From an uncultured Bacillota bacterium (GTDB taxonomy: Bacteria; Sysuimicrobiota; Sysuimicrobiia; Sysuimicrobiales; Segetimicrobiaceae): DNA of 64,000 nt. Below the pieces are notes generated by a model. That model saw nothing but the letters and a program-made list of their open reading frames with translations, did no database searches and had not been told where the DNA came from. Numbering within the stretch: the stretch's first letter is position 1; each line of letters starts with the position of its first letter. Positions 1 to 9,099 of the stretch are shown here, in pieces. The position numbers and the translations under genes are program-made. The stretch lies in contig CAWDRG010000019.1 in NCBI GenBank assembly GCA_963804645.1, positions 96,001 to 160,000 of the forward strand, written 5' to 3'.

Positions 1-8
1 GGACGCAG

Positions 9-416
9 ATGTACGGCTATTGCGCGTCCGACATCCGCGGCAAGACGCCGGCCGGCGCCCGGATGCTGGCGCGGTACGTGCCGGGCGCGCTGGTGGGCTA
101 CGGCCAGCTGCGGCGCGCGACGACGCATGAGACCTCCCTGCCGAAGCCGGTCCGCGAGCTGCTCATCATCGCGGTGCAGGCGGCGCTCAAGAAGGATCCG
201 TCGGGCCACGCCCGGTCCGCAGTGGACGCCGGGGTGTCTCCCAAGAAGATGCACGACGCGTGCGCGCTCGTGCGGTGGCTGGCGGGCATGCCGGCCTATC
301 AGGTGGGGATGCTCGCGGTCGCGGCCGCGGAGACGCACGCCGCGAGCCGGAAGCGCCCGTCCCGGCGGCGCGCGTCCCGCGCCCGGGCGACGGCACGCGC
401 GCGGACGGCCCGATGA
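9..416 (+). CDS. Carboxymuconolactone decarboxylase (CMD/AhpD)-like protein, possibly 5'-partial
   Basis: SLPKPVRELLIIAV...HARSAVDAGVS...AGMPA resembles the CMD fold; its stop overlaps the tcuA start (ATGA). Confidence 0.6.
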   Translation: MYGYCASDIRGKTPAGARMLARYVPGALVGYGQLRRATTHETSLPKPVRELLIIAVQAALKKDPSGHARSAVDAGVSPKKMHDACALVRWLAGMPAYQVGMLAVAAAETHAASRKRPSRRRASRARATARARTAR

Positions 417-1852
417 GCGCGGCCGCCCGCCGGTCCGTGTTCGCGGCCGCGCCGCCGGTCGAGGCGTCGTACGACGTGATCGTGGTCGGCGGCGGCCACG
501 CGGCGCTGTCGGCCGCCCTGTCTGCGCGTGAGGCCGCGGCGACGGTGCTGCTGCTGGAGCGCGCCCCGGTGTACATGCGCGGGGGCAACTCCCGGCACAC
601 TCGCAACGTCCGCTGCGCCCATCCCCCGAATGATCCGTATCTGACCGGCGAGTATCTCGAGGACGAGTTCCTCGACGATCTCAAGCGGGTGGGAGGCGGC
701 CGCGTCAACGAGGCGCTGGCGCGCTTCACGATTCGGGCGTCGGTGGACCTGCCGGCGTGGATGACCCGCCACGGCGTTCACTGGCAGCACGCGCTGCGGG
801 GCACGCTGTCGCTCGGACGGACCAACCGATTCTTTCTCGGCGGCGGCAAGGCGCTTGTGAACGTGTACTACGAGACCGCGGCGCGCGCGGGCGTCCGGGT
901 CCAGTATGAGGCGAGCGTCGAGGATCTCCTGCTCGACGGGCTGCGCGTCGAGGGCGTGGTCGTCCGGCGCCACGACGGCACCCCGCAGCTCGTGCGGTCC
1001 AGGGCGGTCGTCGTCGCCTCCGGCGGCTTCGAGGCCAACCTCGATTGGCTCAAGGAGTATTGGGGAGACGCCGCGGACAACTTCGCCGTCCGCGGCACGC
1101 CGTACAACGACGGTCGGGTGCTTCGGGCCCTCCTCGACCGCGGCGCGATGCGCGTGGGGGACCCCAAGGGGTTTCACGCGGTCGCCGTCGATGCCCGCGC
1201 CCCCAAGTACGACGGCGGGATCGCGACCCGCCTCGACGCGATCCCGTTTGGGGTCGTGGTGAACCGGCACGGCGTGCGGTTCTACGACGAGGGGGAGGAC
1301 CTCTGGCCGAAGCGGTACGCGACCTGGGGCGGCCGCGTCGCGGACCAGCCGGGGCAGATCGCCTACTGCATTGTGGACGCGCAGGCAATGGGGCACTTCC
1401 TCCCTCCGCTCTACAAGCCGTTTCAGGCGGGGTCGATCGCGGAGCTCGCGGCGGCGATCGGGCTGGACGCGCCCACGCTGGTGCGCACGATCGAGGCGTT
1501 CAACCGCGCGGCCGCCGGCAACGCCGACGTGCGTCCGGAGGTGCTGGACGGCCTCGCGACGCGCGGGCTCATGCCGCCGAAGAGCAACTGGGCGCGACCG
1601 ATCGACCGGCCGCCCTATTACGCGCTGCCGCTGCGCCCGGGGATCACGTTCACCTACATGGGGGTGGGAGTGGATGAGACGGCCCGAATCGTCGATCGCG
1701 ACGGCCAGGCGTTCGAGAACCTGTACGCGGCGGGCGAGATCATGTCCGGCAACATCCTGGCGAGCGGGTACCTCGCGGGGTTCGGCATGACGATCGGGGG
1801 CGTGTTCGGGCGTCTGGCGGGACGGGAGGCCGCGGCGCATGCCCGCGTCTGA
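413..1852 (+). CDS. tcuA: FAD-dependent tricarballylate dehydrogenase TcuA
   Basis: VVGGGHAA FAD motif, RGGNSRHTRN, GGGKALVN, WPKRYA, PGITFTYMG, GYLAGFGMTIG; followed by tcuB. Confidence 0.9.
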   Translation: MSAAARRSVFAAAPPVEASYDVIVVGGGHAALSAALSAREAAATVLLLERAPVYMRGGNSRHTRNVRCAHPPNDPYLTGEYLEDEFLDDLKRVGGGRVNEALARFTIRASVDLPAWMTRHGVHWQHALRGTLSLGRTNRFFLGGGKALVNVYYETAARAGVRVQYEASVEDLLLDGLRVEGVVVRRHDGTPQLVRSRAVVVASGGFEANLDWLKEYWGDAADNFAVRGTPYNDGRVLRALLDRGAMRVGDPKGFHAVAVDARAPKYDGGIATRLDAIPFGVVVNRHGVRFYDEGEDLWPKRYATWGGRVADQPGQIAYCIVDAQAMGHFLPPLYKPFQAGSIAELAAAIGLDAPTLVRTIEAFNRAAAGNADVRPEVLDGLATRGLMPPKSNWARPIDRPPYYALPLRPGITFTYMGVGVDETARIVDRDGQAFENLYAAGEIMSGNILASGYLAGFGMTIGGVFGRLAGREAAAHARV

Positions 1853-2936
1853 CCTGTACCAGGAAGCCGCACGGCAGATGACCGTGTGCAACGCGTGCCG
1901 CTACTGCGAAGGCTACTGCGCCGTGTTTCCCGCGATGGAACTGCGGCAGTCGTTCACGAACGGCGACCTGACGCAGCTCGCGAATTTGTGCCACGACTGC
2001 CGGGCGTGCTACTACGCGTGCATGTACGCGCCGCCCCACGAGTTCGGCATCAACGTGCCCCAGGTCCTCGCGGCGGTGCGGCAGGACAGCTACCGCCGGT
2101 ACGCGTGGCCCGCGGCGTTCGGCCGCCTCTTCGCCGACGTGCCGCTCGCCGGGGTCCTCGCCGCGGCGGCGGTGGCCGGCGTCGTGCTGCTGGCGTGGAT
2201 TCTCGCCGGCCCGGGGCGGCTGCTGTCCGGGCATGCGGGGCCGGGCGCGTTTTACCAGGTGGTCGCGTACTGGGCCATGGTCGTCCCCGGCGTGCTGGTC
2301 GGCGGGTACTGGGCCGCCGTCTGGGTCGTCGGCGGCGCACGATTCTGGCATGATACCGGGACGGCCGCTCGCGGGCGCGTCGGCGTGCGCGCGGTGCTGG
2401 GCGCCGCGCAGGATGCGCTGGTCCTGCGGTGGCAGCGCGGCGGAGGGCCCGGCTGCCCGTACCCCGGGCCGCACGCGTCGTTCGGGCGGAGCATCCTGCA
2501 CATCCTGGTGGTCGCGGGGTTTCTGGCCGCGGTCGCCTCGACGACGCTCGCGGCGATCTACCAGGACCTCCTCGACCGGCTGCCTCCGTATCCGCTGACG
2601 AGCGCGCCGGTGGTGCTCGGCGCCCTCGGGGGCGCGGCCATGATCGTCGGGACCGTCGGCATGCTGGTCCAGAAGGGCGTGAGCGACCGCGCCCCGGGGA
2701 GCGAGGGGCAGCGCCCGCTCGATGCCGCGTTTGTGATCACGCTCGGGGTCGCGTCGCTGACCGGCATCCTCACGCTCGTGCTGCGCGCGACGCAGGTGAT
2801 GGGGGTGATGCTCACGGTGCATCTCGGGGTCGTCGCGGCGCTGTTCCTGACGGCGCCCTACGGCAAGTTCATTCACGCGGTGTATCGGTTTCTCGCGCTC
2901 GTACGGCACCGCCTCGAGCAGGACCATGCGGCCTGA
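1839..2936 (+). CDS. tcuB: Tricarballylate utilization 4Fe-4S membrane protein TcuB
   Basis: CNACRYCEGYCAVFPAM, LANLCHDCRACYYACMYAPPHEF, PYGKFIH, several TM segments. Confidence 0.92.
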   Translation: MPASDLYQEAARQMTVCNACRYCEGYCAVFPAMELRQSFTNGDLTQLANLCHDCRACYYACMYAPPHEFGINVPQVLAAVRQDSYRRYAWPAAFGRLFADVPLAGVLAAAAVAGVVLLAWILAGPGRLLSGHAGPGAFYQVVAYWAMVVPGVLVGGYWAAVWVVGGARFWHDTGTAARGRVGVRAVLGAAQDALVLRWQRGGGPGCPYPGPHASFGRSILHILVVAGFLAAVASTTLAAIYQDLLDRLPPYPLTSAPVVLGALGGAAMIVGTVGMLVQKGVSDRAPGSEGQRPLDAAFVITLGVASLTGILTLVLRATQVMGVMLTVHLGVVAALFLTAPYGKFIHAVYRFLALVRHRLEQDHAA

Positions 2937-3222
2937 CCGCAGCGCGGACGCGCCGGGACGGCGGGGGTTTACCGTGGTCGAGATCCTGGTGGTGCTGCTG
3001 CTGCTCGCGCTCGCAATCTGGCTCGTGCGGACGGGGTATCACGCGCTGACCCACCACGCGCTCGAGCGTCCCGGATCGGTCAGGCTCGCCGTCGCGCGGC
3101 CCGCGGCCGCGCCGCCGAGGCCCGCGTCCCTCGTGCGCGCGCCGTGGCCGGCCGCCGCCGCGCTGGCTCCGCGCGTGCCGGGGTCCTGGACGCCGCGACG
3201 CGATCGATCTTCGCGGCCATGA
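2926..3222 (+). CDS. Small protein with prepilin-type N-terminal cleavage/methylation motif
   Basis: RRGFTVVEILVVLLLLALAIWLV matches the class III signal peptide; the C-terminal part overlaps the opposite-strand gene. Confidence 0.4.
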   Translation: MRPDRSADAPGRRGFTVVEILVVLLLLALAIWLVRTGYHALTHHALERPGSVRLAVARPAAAPPRPASLVRAPWPAAAALAPRVPGSWTPRRDRSSRP

Positions 3223-3517
3223 CGAAGTCGCTCTCCGTCAGCCCGTCGATCTTGTGCGTCCACAGGTAGACGCGCACCTCGCCCCAGCGGACGTACAGAT
3301 CGGGATGATGGCCCTCCCGTTCGGCGACGGCGGTGATCGCGTTAACGAAGTCCACGGCCTGCACGAAGTTGTCGAACCGGTACGACCGCATGAGCTTCTT
3401 GCGGTCCTCGATTGTCCAGTCCGGAAGCTGCTTGAGGAGCGGCCGGATCTGGCTCGGCGTGAGCGGGGGCGTGCCGCCCAGGCACGGCACGCAGCGGCGA
3501 TCGGCCAGGCTGGTCAT
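3080..3517 (-). CDS. phhB: Pterin-4-alpha-carbinolamine dehydratase (PhhB family)
   Basis: CVPC..., AEREGHHPDL, THKIDGLTESDFVMAAKID; GGAGGT RBS before ATG 3517. Confidence 0.9.
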   Translation of the reverse strand: MTSLADRRCVPCLGGTPPLTPSQIRPLLKQLPDWTIEDRKKLMRSYRFDNFVQAVDFVNAITAVAEREGHHPDLYVRWGEVRVYLWTHKIDGLTESDFVMAAKIDRVAASRTPARAEPARRRPATARARGTRASAARPRAARRRA

Positions 3518-3936
3518 GACGATACCTCCGTGAGTGTCGATCGGCGTGATTCCCTCCATTATACGGTCCCGTCCGGTGCCCGCAACGGAGACGTGCCGTG
3601 CCGCCGAGCGGCGCGGGGATGCCGACGGGGACGTCCGTGCCGACGCGGCGCGTTCCGGCGGAAGGAGTTGTCGAAATCCAACCTGAACCATCAGGACGAG
3701 CCCGGTTTTCTTGTCGCCGCATGGATTGACCGCGAACCGGCGTGCTCGTCGGGATGCCGACGCGGGACGTCCGGCACGCACGCCCCTCGGGGTATTGGCT
3801 GGCGCCATCCGCACGATCGGGGCGACCTCGTTGTCGCCGACGGGACACACGCCAGTCCCAGCCGAGAGGCCGCCGCGGTCCCGTGGGCACCGGGGTCGAC
3901 GTCTGCGTAGGTATGCGCCATCAGAGGAGGCTCCGC

Positions 3937-5244
3937 ATGGGTGGACTGCTGATTGAGAACGGACGGGTGATCGACGGGACCGGCACGCCGCCGCGGCCGC
4001 GCGGCTGGGTGTTGACCGACGGGGAGCTCATCACCGCGGTGGGCGAGGGGACGCCCCCGGCGTCCAAGGTGCCGGACGGCGTGCGCCGGATCGACGCGAA
4101 GGGCGGCAGCATCCTGCCCGGTCTCATCAATCTCCACGTGCACATCCACCGGCGCCATCTGCACCGTCCGATGAGCCAGACGGCGTTCCGCGCCGGCGCG
4201 CGCGCGGTGGAGGCGCTGCCGGACACCCTGCGCATCCTGTGGGCCCTGCGCAACCTGTGGTGGGAGATGCAGGAGGGGGCGACGACGTTCCGCGAGATTT
4301 CCTCGAAGCACCGCATCAACCTGACGATCAAGCAGGCGATTCAGATGGGGATCTTCAAGGGCCCGCGGCTGTTCTGCTGCGGGCAGGGCGTCGGCATGAC
4401 GGGGGGCCACGGCAGCCACGGTGGCGGCGGGACGTCCGAAGCGGACGGCCCCGACGAGGTCCGGAAGGCGGTGCGGGCCGAACTGAAGGCGGGGGTGGAC
4501 TTCATCAAGGTGATGGCGTCGGCCGGGCTCGCGGCGATGCCGGATGAAGATCCGCGCATGGTGGAGTTCTCGGTCACCGAACTGCGCGCCGCCTGCGAAG
4601 AGGCCCACGCACGACACCGCCGCGTCGCCGCGCACGCGTATCCCGCGCAGGCGATCAAGAACTGTGTGCTCGCCGGGGTGGACTGCATCGAGCACGGATC
4701 CATCATGGACGACGAGACGATCGCGATGATGGTGGAGCGGAAGACCTGCTACGTCCCGACGATGACCGGCATGTACAATTTCTGGCAGCGCGAGGTTCAG
4801 TACGGCCGCAAGGATATCGCGGACACGATCCGGGCGGTGATCCTCGAGCCCCATCGCGTGAGCGTCGCGAAGTGCCACGCGCAGGGCGTGCGCATCGGGA
4901 CGGGCACCGACACCCTCGGGCAGCTCAATCAGGAGATCGAGATGCTGCACGACTGCGGGATTCCGACGATGGACTGTTTGCGGGCGGCGACGTCCATCGG
5001 CGCGGAGATCATGGGACTCGAGGACGAGATCGGCACGCTGGAACCGGCGAAGCGGGCCGACGTCCTCGTCGTCGACGGCAATCCGGTGGAGAATCTCGCG
5101 GCGCTCAGGAACGTGCGGACGGTGATCCACGACGGGTGGATCGTCGACGGGGAGACGCTGGCGGTCTTCGGCGGGGCGCACTCGCTGCGGACCGCCCCGA
5201 CCGTGGAGGCCGCCGTCGGCGCCGGGGCGGGTGGGCACGCGTAA
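3937..5244 (+). CDS. Metal-dependent amidohydrolase family protein
   Basis: ILPGLINLHVH, GVDFIKVMASAG, AAHA, IEHG, GTDT, ADVLVVDGNP; GAGGAGG RBS. Confidence 0.88.
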   Translation: MGGLLIENGRVIDGTGTPPRPRGWVLTDGELITAVGEGTPPASKVPDGVRRIDAKGGSILPGLINLHVHIHRRHLHRPMSQTAFRAGARAVEALPDTLRILWALRNLWWEMQEGATTFREISSKHRINLTIKQAIQMGIFKGPRLFCCGQGVGMTGGHGSHGGGGTSEADGPDEVRKAVRAELKAGVDFIKVMASAGLAAMPDEDPRMVEFSVTELRAACEEAHARHRRVAAHAYPAQAIKNCVLAGVDCIEHGSIMDDETIAMMVERKTCYVPTMTGMYNFWQREVQYGRKDIADTIRAVILEPHRVSVAKCHAQGVRIGTGTDTLGQLNQEIEMLHDCGIPTMDCLRAATSIGAEIMGLEDEIGTLEPAKRADVLVVDGNPVENLAALRNVRTVIHDGWIVDGETLAVFGGAHSLRTAPTVEAAVGAGAGGHA

Positions 5245-5296
5245 CCGGCCCGCCGGCGCGCCGTCGCCGTATCCGCACCGCCGAGGAGATGGAACG

Positions 5297-6805
5297 ATGA
5301 GGTATGCGCTGCAGGTCGTCTGCACGCTCGCGTGCGTGCTCGTGCTCGCGGTCCCTGGCGCGGTGTTGAGCGCGGCCGACACGAGCGTGAGCATCGCCCA
5401 GGGGATCGATGCCCAGACGCTCGACCCGCAGATGGACACGCTGGGATCGAGCACCGCCATCTTCAGCAACCTGTACGATCCGCTGGTAATGATCGACAAC
5501 ACCGGGAAAGTCGTCCCGGCCCTCGCGACCGGGTGGAAGTTTCTGAACGACACCACGTTGGAACTGACGCTGCGGCGCGGCGTGACGTTTCAGAACGGCG
5601 AGGCCTTTACCGCCCGCGACGTGGTCTTCACGCTGCAGCGCATGATGGCCACGGACCACCCGGTGCTCACGCATCCGTGGATCGCCGACATCGTCAAGAG
5701 CGTGATCGCGGTCGACGACTACACCGTCCGCATCACGACCGAGGCGCCGGACGCGCCGCTGCTGCGCCGGCTGGAGCTGTGGTTCATTCTGCCTGCCGAT
5801 ACGTTTCAGAAGGAAGGCGCCCAGGAGTTCGGGCAGCATCCGGTCGGGACGGGCGCGTACCAGGCCGGGCCGTGGGCGAAGAACGACCATCTGACGCTCA
5901 ACGCGTATGCCGAGTACTGGCGCGGGGCTCCGAAGATTTCGCAGGTGACGTTCCGCGTGATTCCGGAGGACTTTGCCCGGTACGTGGCGTTGAAGACGGG
6001 CGCAGCGGACATGGTCGTCAACCTGCCGCCGGAGCGGGTCGCGGAAGCCCAGCAGGACCCGAATCTCCGCGTCGAAGCCATCCACGCGTCGCGGACGATC
6101 TTCATCGGGATGAACACGTGGAACCCGCCGTTCAACAACGTGAAGGTGCGCCAGGCCCTGAACTACGCCGTCGACGCCACTCAGATCGTCCAGACGATCC
6201 TGAAGGGCGACGGCTACCCGAATCCGAGTCCCGTCAACCAAACCACGTTCGGCTACTGCCCGACCCTCACGCCGTACCCGCACGATCCGGCGAAGGCCCG
6301 AGCGCTCTTGGCGCAGGCCGGGTACCCGCACGGCTTCACCGCGACGCTCGCGACGACGATCGGCCGGTACCTGGACGACGTGCAGGTCGCGCAGGCGGTC
6401 TCCGGGCAGTTGGAGACCGTGGGGGTCCACGCGCAGGTGGCGCAGGAGGAGTGGCCGGTGTACTGGGGCGCGTGGCTCAGCAAGAAGCAGCCCGGCATGT
6501 ACCTCCTGGGCTTCGGCGGCGCGCCGCTCGACGCCGACTACGTGATGGCCAGTCATTTTGATTCCACCCGCCGCGGCCTCTACTACAACAGCCCGACGAG
6601 CGACAAGCTGATTGCCGAGGGCCGGCGCACCACGAGCGACGCGGCGCGGAAGCAGATCTACTGCCAGCTCCAGCAGTATCTGCAGGCGCAGGCGCCGTGG
6701 ATCTATCTGTTCGATCAGCAGGATATCTACGGCCTGACGAAGCGCGTGGTGTGGCAGCCGCGGGTCGACGAGTTGATCTGGATGTACGATGCGAAGCTCC
6801 AGTAA
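5297..6805 (+). CDS. ABC transporter substrate-binding protein, family 5 (peptide/nickel)
   Basis: Signal peptide, TLDP, LRRGVTFQNG, PVGTGAY, VRQALNYAVD. Confidence 0.92.
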   Translation: MRYALQVVCTLACVLVLAVPGAVLSAADTSVSIAQGIDAQTLDPQMDTLGSSTAIFSNLYDPLVMIDNTGKVVPALATGWKFLNDTTLELTLRRGVTFQNGEAFTARDVVFTLQRMMATDHPVLTHPWIADIVKSVIAVDDYTVRITTEAPDAPLLRRLELWFILPADTFQKEGAQEFGQHPVGTGAYQAGPWAKNDHLTLNAYAEYWRGAPKISQVTFRVIPEDFARYVALKTGAADMVVNLPPERVAEAQQDPNLRVEAIHASRTIFIGMNTWNPPFNNVKVRQALNYAVDATQIVQTILKGDGYPNPSPVNQTTFGYCPTLTPYPHDPAKARALLAQAGYPHGFTATLATTIGRYLDDVQVAQAVSGQLETVGVHAQVAQEEWPVYWGAWLSKKQPGMYLLGFGGAPLDADYVMASHFDSTRRGLYYNSPTSDKLIAEGRRTTSDAARKQIYCQLQQYLQAQAPWIYLFDQQDIYGLTKRVVWQPRVDELIWMYDAKLQ

Positions 6806-6832
6806 CGCGCGGGCGCCCCGCCGACCAGCCCC

Positions 6833-7750
6833 GTGCAAGGGTACTTGACGCGGCGGATCGCGCACTCGCTCGTCGCGCTGCTCGGCGTGACGTTGGTGGC
6901 CTTTGTCTTTGTGAACGCGAGCGGGGATCCGGCCGCGCTCTTGCTGCCTGGGGATGCCACGCCCGCGCAGGCGGCGGCCCTGCGGCGTTCGCTCGGCCTC
7001 GACCGTCCGTTCCTGACGCAGTACGGTCTGTTCGTCTGGCAAGCGGTCCACGGGAACTTCGGCGTGTCGTTTCGGCAGCAGCTGCCGGCCGCTCCACTGA
7101 TCCTGAGCTACGCGCCGGCGACCGCGGAACTCGCCGTCGGCGCCTCCGTCGTCTCGGTGGTGGTCGCGGTGCCCCTCGGCATCATCGCGGCCTCCTATCG
7201 CGGCCGCCTCTACGACTGGCTGACCTCGGTCTTCGTGCTGATCGGGCAATCGGCGCCGATTTTTTGGCTGGGGCTGATGGCGATCTGGATCTTCAGCCTC
7301 GAGCTTCGCCTGCTGCCGCCGTTCGGCCGAGGCACGCTCGCGCAGCTGGTCCTGCCCGTGATGACGCTGGCCTGGTACGTGAGCGCCCTGCTGACCCGCA
7401 TGACGCGCGCGAGCATGCTCGAGGTGCTGGACCAGGACTACATCCGCACGGCGCGCTCGAAGGGATTGAGCTGGCTTCCCGTGATTCTGAAGCACGCGCT
7501 CCGCAACGCGGCGATTCCGGTCCTGACCGTGTTTGGGCTGCAGTTCGGCGAGCTGCTGGGCGGTGTCGTGGTGACCGAAACCGTGTTTGCGTGGCCGGGG
7601 ATGGGGCGCGCGATCGTGGACGCGATCAACGCGCGCGACTACCCGGTGGTCCTGGCCGGCGTCGTGGTCCTGGCGACCATCTTCGTCGCCGTCAATCTGC
7701 TGGTCGACCTGTCCTATGGACTGCTCGACCCGCGCATCCGCTATCAATAG
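6833..7750 (+). CDS. ABC transporter permease (DppB/OppB-like)
   Basis: GLDRPFLTQY, DYIRTARSKGL, HALRNA, RDYPVV, LDPRIR. Confidence 0.92.
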   Translation: MQGYLTRRIAHSLVALLGVTLVAFVFVNASGDPAALLLPGDATPAQAAALRRSLGLDRPFLTQYGLFVWQAVHGNFGVSFRQQLPAAPLILSYAPATAELAVGASVVSVVVAVPLGIIAASYRGRLYDWLTSVFVLIGQSAPIFWLGLMAIWIFSLELRLLPPFGRGTLAQLVLPVMTLAWYVSALLTRMTRASMLEVLDQDYIRTARSKGLSWLPVILKHALRNAAIPVLTVFGLQFGELLGGVVVTETVFAWPGMGRAIVDAINARDYPVVLAGVVVLATIFVAVNLLVDLSYGLLDPRIRYQ

Positions 7751-7762
7751 ATCGGGCGGCGT

Positions 7763-8620
7763 GTGACGGCCCGTCTGCGGGGACTGGTGCGGGATCCGAA
7801 AGGGGTGGCGAGTTTCGCGCTGCTGCTGGCGATCGTCGTGGCGGCGCTCGCGGCCCCGCTGATCGCGCCGGCGAATCCGCTGCAGCAGTCCCTGCCGTCC
7901 AGTGACCTGGCGCCGATGGCATCGGGGCCCGGCGGGGCGAGGCACTGGTTGGGCACCGACGAGTACGGCCGGGACGTGCTCAGCCGGGTGATCTACGGGG
8001 CCAGGGTCTCGCTTTTGGTGGCCGTCGGCGCGGTGTTTCTCGCCGGGGTCGCGGGGGTGACCCTGGGGATCCTCGCGGGGTTTCTCGCGGGTCCGATGGA
8101 CGCGGTGACGATGCGGCTGGTGGATATCCAGCTCGCCTTTCCGACCGTGTTGCTCGCCATCGCCTGGATCGCGTTCATCGGCAACAACTTGGCGTCGCTC
8201 ATCGCCGTCGTGGCCCTCTCGGGATGGGCGTCGTACGTCCGCATTGCCCGGGCCAGCGCGCTCTCGCTGCGCGCCGTGCCGTTCGTCGAGGCGACGGTCG
8301 CTGCGGGGGCGAGCCGGACCCGCATCATGCTCCGCCACATCGCGCCCAACGTCATGGGCCCCATCATCGTCCTTGCGACGCTGCAGCTCGGCCGGGCGGT
8401 GCTCCTGGAGTCCACGTTGAGTTTCCTCGGCCTCGGGGTGCAGCCGCCGACCCCAAGCTGGGGCAGCATGCTGGCAGACGGACGGGCGCAGCTTGACGTG
8501 GCGTGGTGGATTGCTGCGTTTCCAGGCCTGGCGATCACGCTCCTGGTGCTCGGCGCCAATCTGCTGGGGGACGCCCTGCGCGACGCGCTCGATCCGCGCT
8601 TCGAACAGCGGCGGGCGTGA
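7763..8620 (+). CDS. ABC transporter permease (DppC/OppC-like)
   Basis: HWLGTDEYGRDVLSR, LSFLGLGVQPPTPSWG, GDALRDALDPR. Confidence 0.92.
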   Translation: MTARLRGLVRDPKGVASFALLLAIVVAALAAPLIAPANPLQQSLPSSDLAPMASGPGGARHWLGTDEYGRDVLSRVIYGARVSLLVAVGAVFLAGVAGVTLGILAGFLAGPMDAVTMRLVDIQLAFPTVLLAIAWIAFIGNNLASLIAVVALSGWASYVRIARASALSLRAVPFVEATVAAGASRTRIMLRHIAPNVMGPIIVLATLQLGRAVLLESTLSFLGLGVQPPTPSWGSMLADGRAQLDVAWWIAAFPGLAITLLVLGANLLGDALRDALDPRFEQRRA

Positions 8621-8717
8621 GCGGGGACGCGGGAGCGCTCGGCGCGCGCCGAGCCATGGGGGCCTTGGCGGCGGGGGGACGTGGGTCCCACCGCTCGAGC
8701 CGCCTCAGGCTCGTCCG

Positions 8718-8861
8718 CTAGTCGTCCTCGGAGTCGACCCACTCCTCCTCGTCGGGCACGAACGGCCGGTGGCAGTGCGGACAGACGATCGGGTCGTTTT
8801 CCTCGGGAAGAAACAGGACCAGGACGGTCGCGGCGCAGTGCGGACACAGGACTCGGATCAT
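8718..8861 (-). CDS. 47-aa zinc-ribbon protein with acidic tail
   Basis: MIRVLCPHC...VCPHC...PDEEEWVDSEDD; two CxxC motifs. Confidence 0.55.
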   Translation of the reverse strand: MIRVLCPHCAATVLVLFLPEENDPIVCPHCHRPFVPDEEEWVDSEDD

Positions 8862-9099
8862 GACGCTATCGTACCACGCGCCGCGGCGAGAACAGGAAGC
8901 GCGGGACGCGTCCCAGAATGCGGAACCGTCGCGATCGTGCGTGTGCCGCCCCGCACCGCATCCCGCGCGCCTCTCGATGCACCACGTCGTGGATGGAGAT
9001 GATCGATGCTGAACGGCGTCTCGGCCCGGTCGTCCAGAGGTAGGGGCGGGAGCCCCGGCGGTCCCGGCCGCGTCCCGGCGGCGTCGAACGGGCGCGCCC

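Noticed and set aside
5105..8338. 1077-aa minus-strand ORF and other long antisense ORFs (47548-50442, 52867-55773, 58512-60713, 14283-16277)
   Set aside because: Shadow frames of well-supported genes in high-GC DNA; no recognisable motifs.
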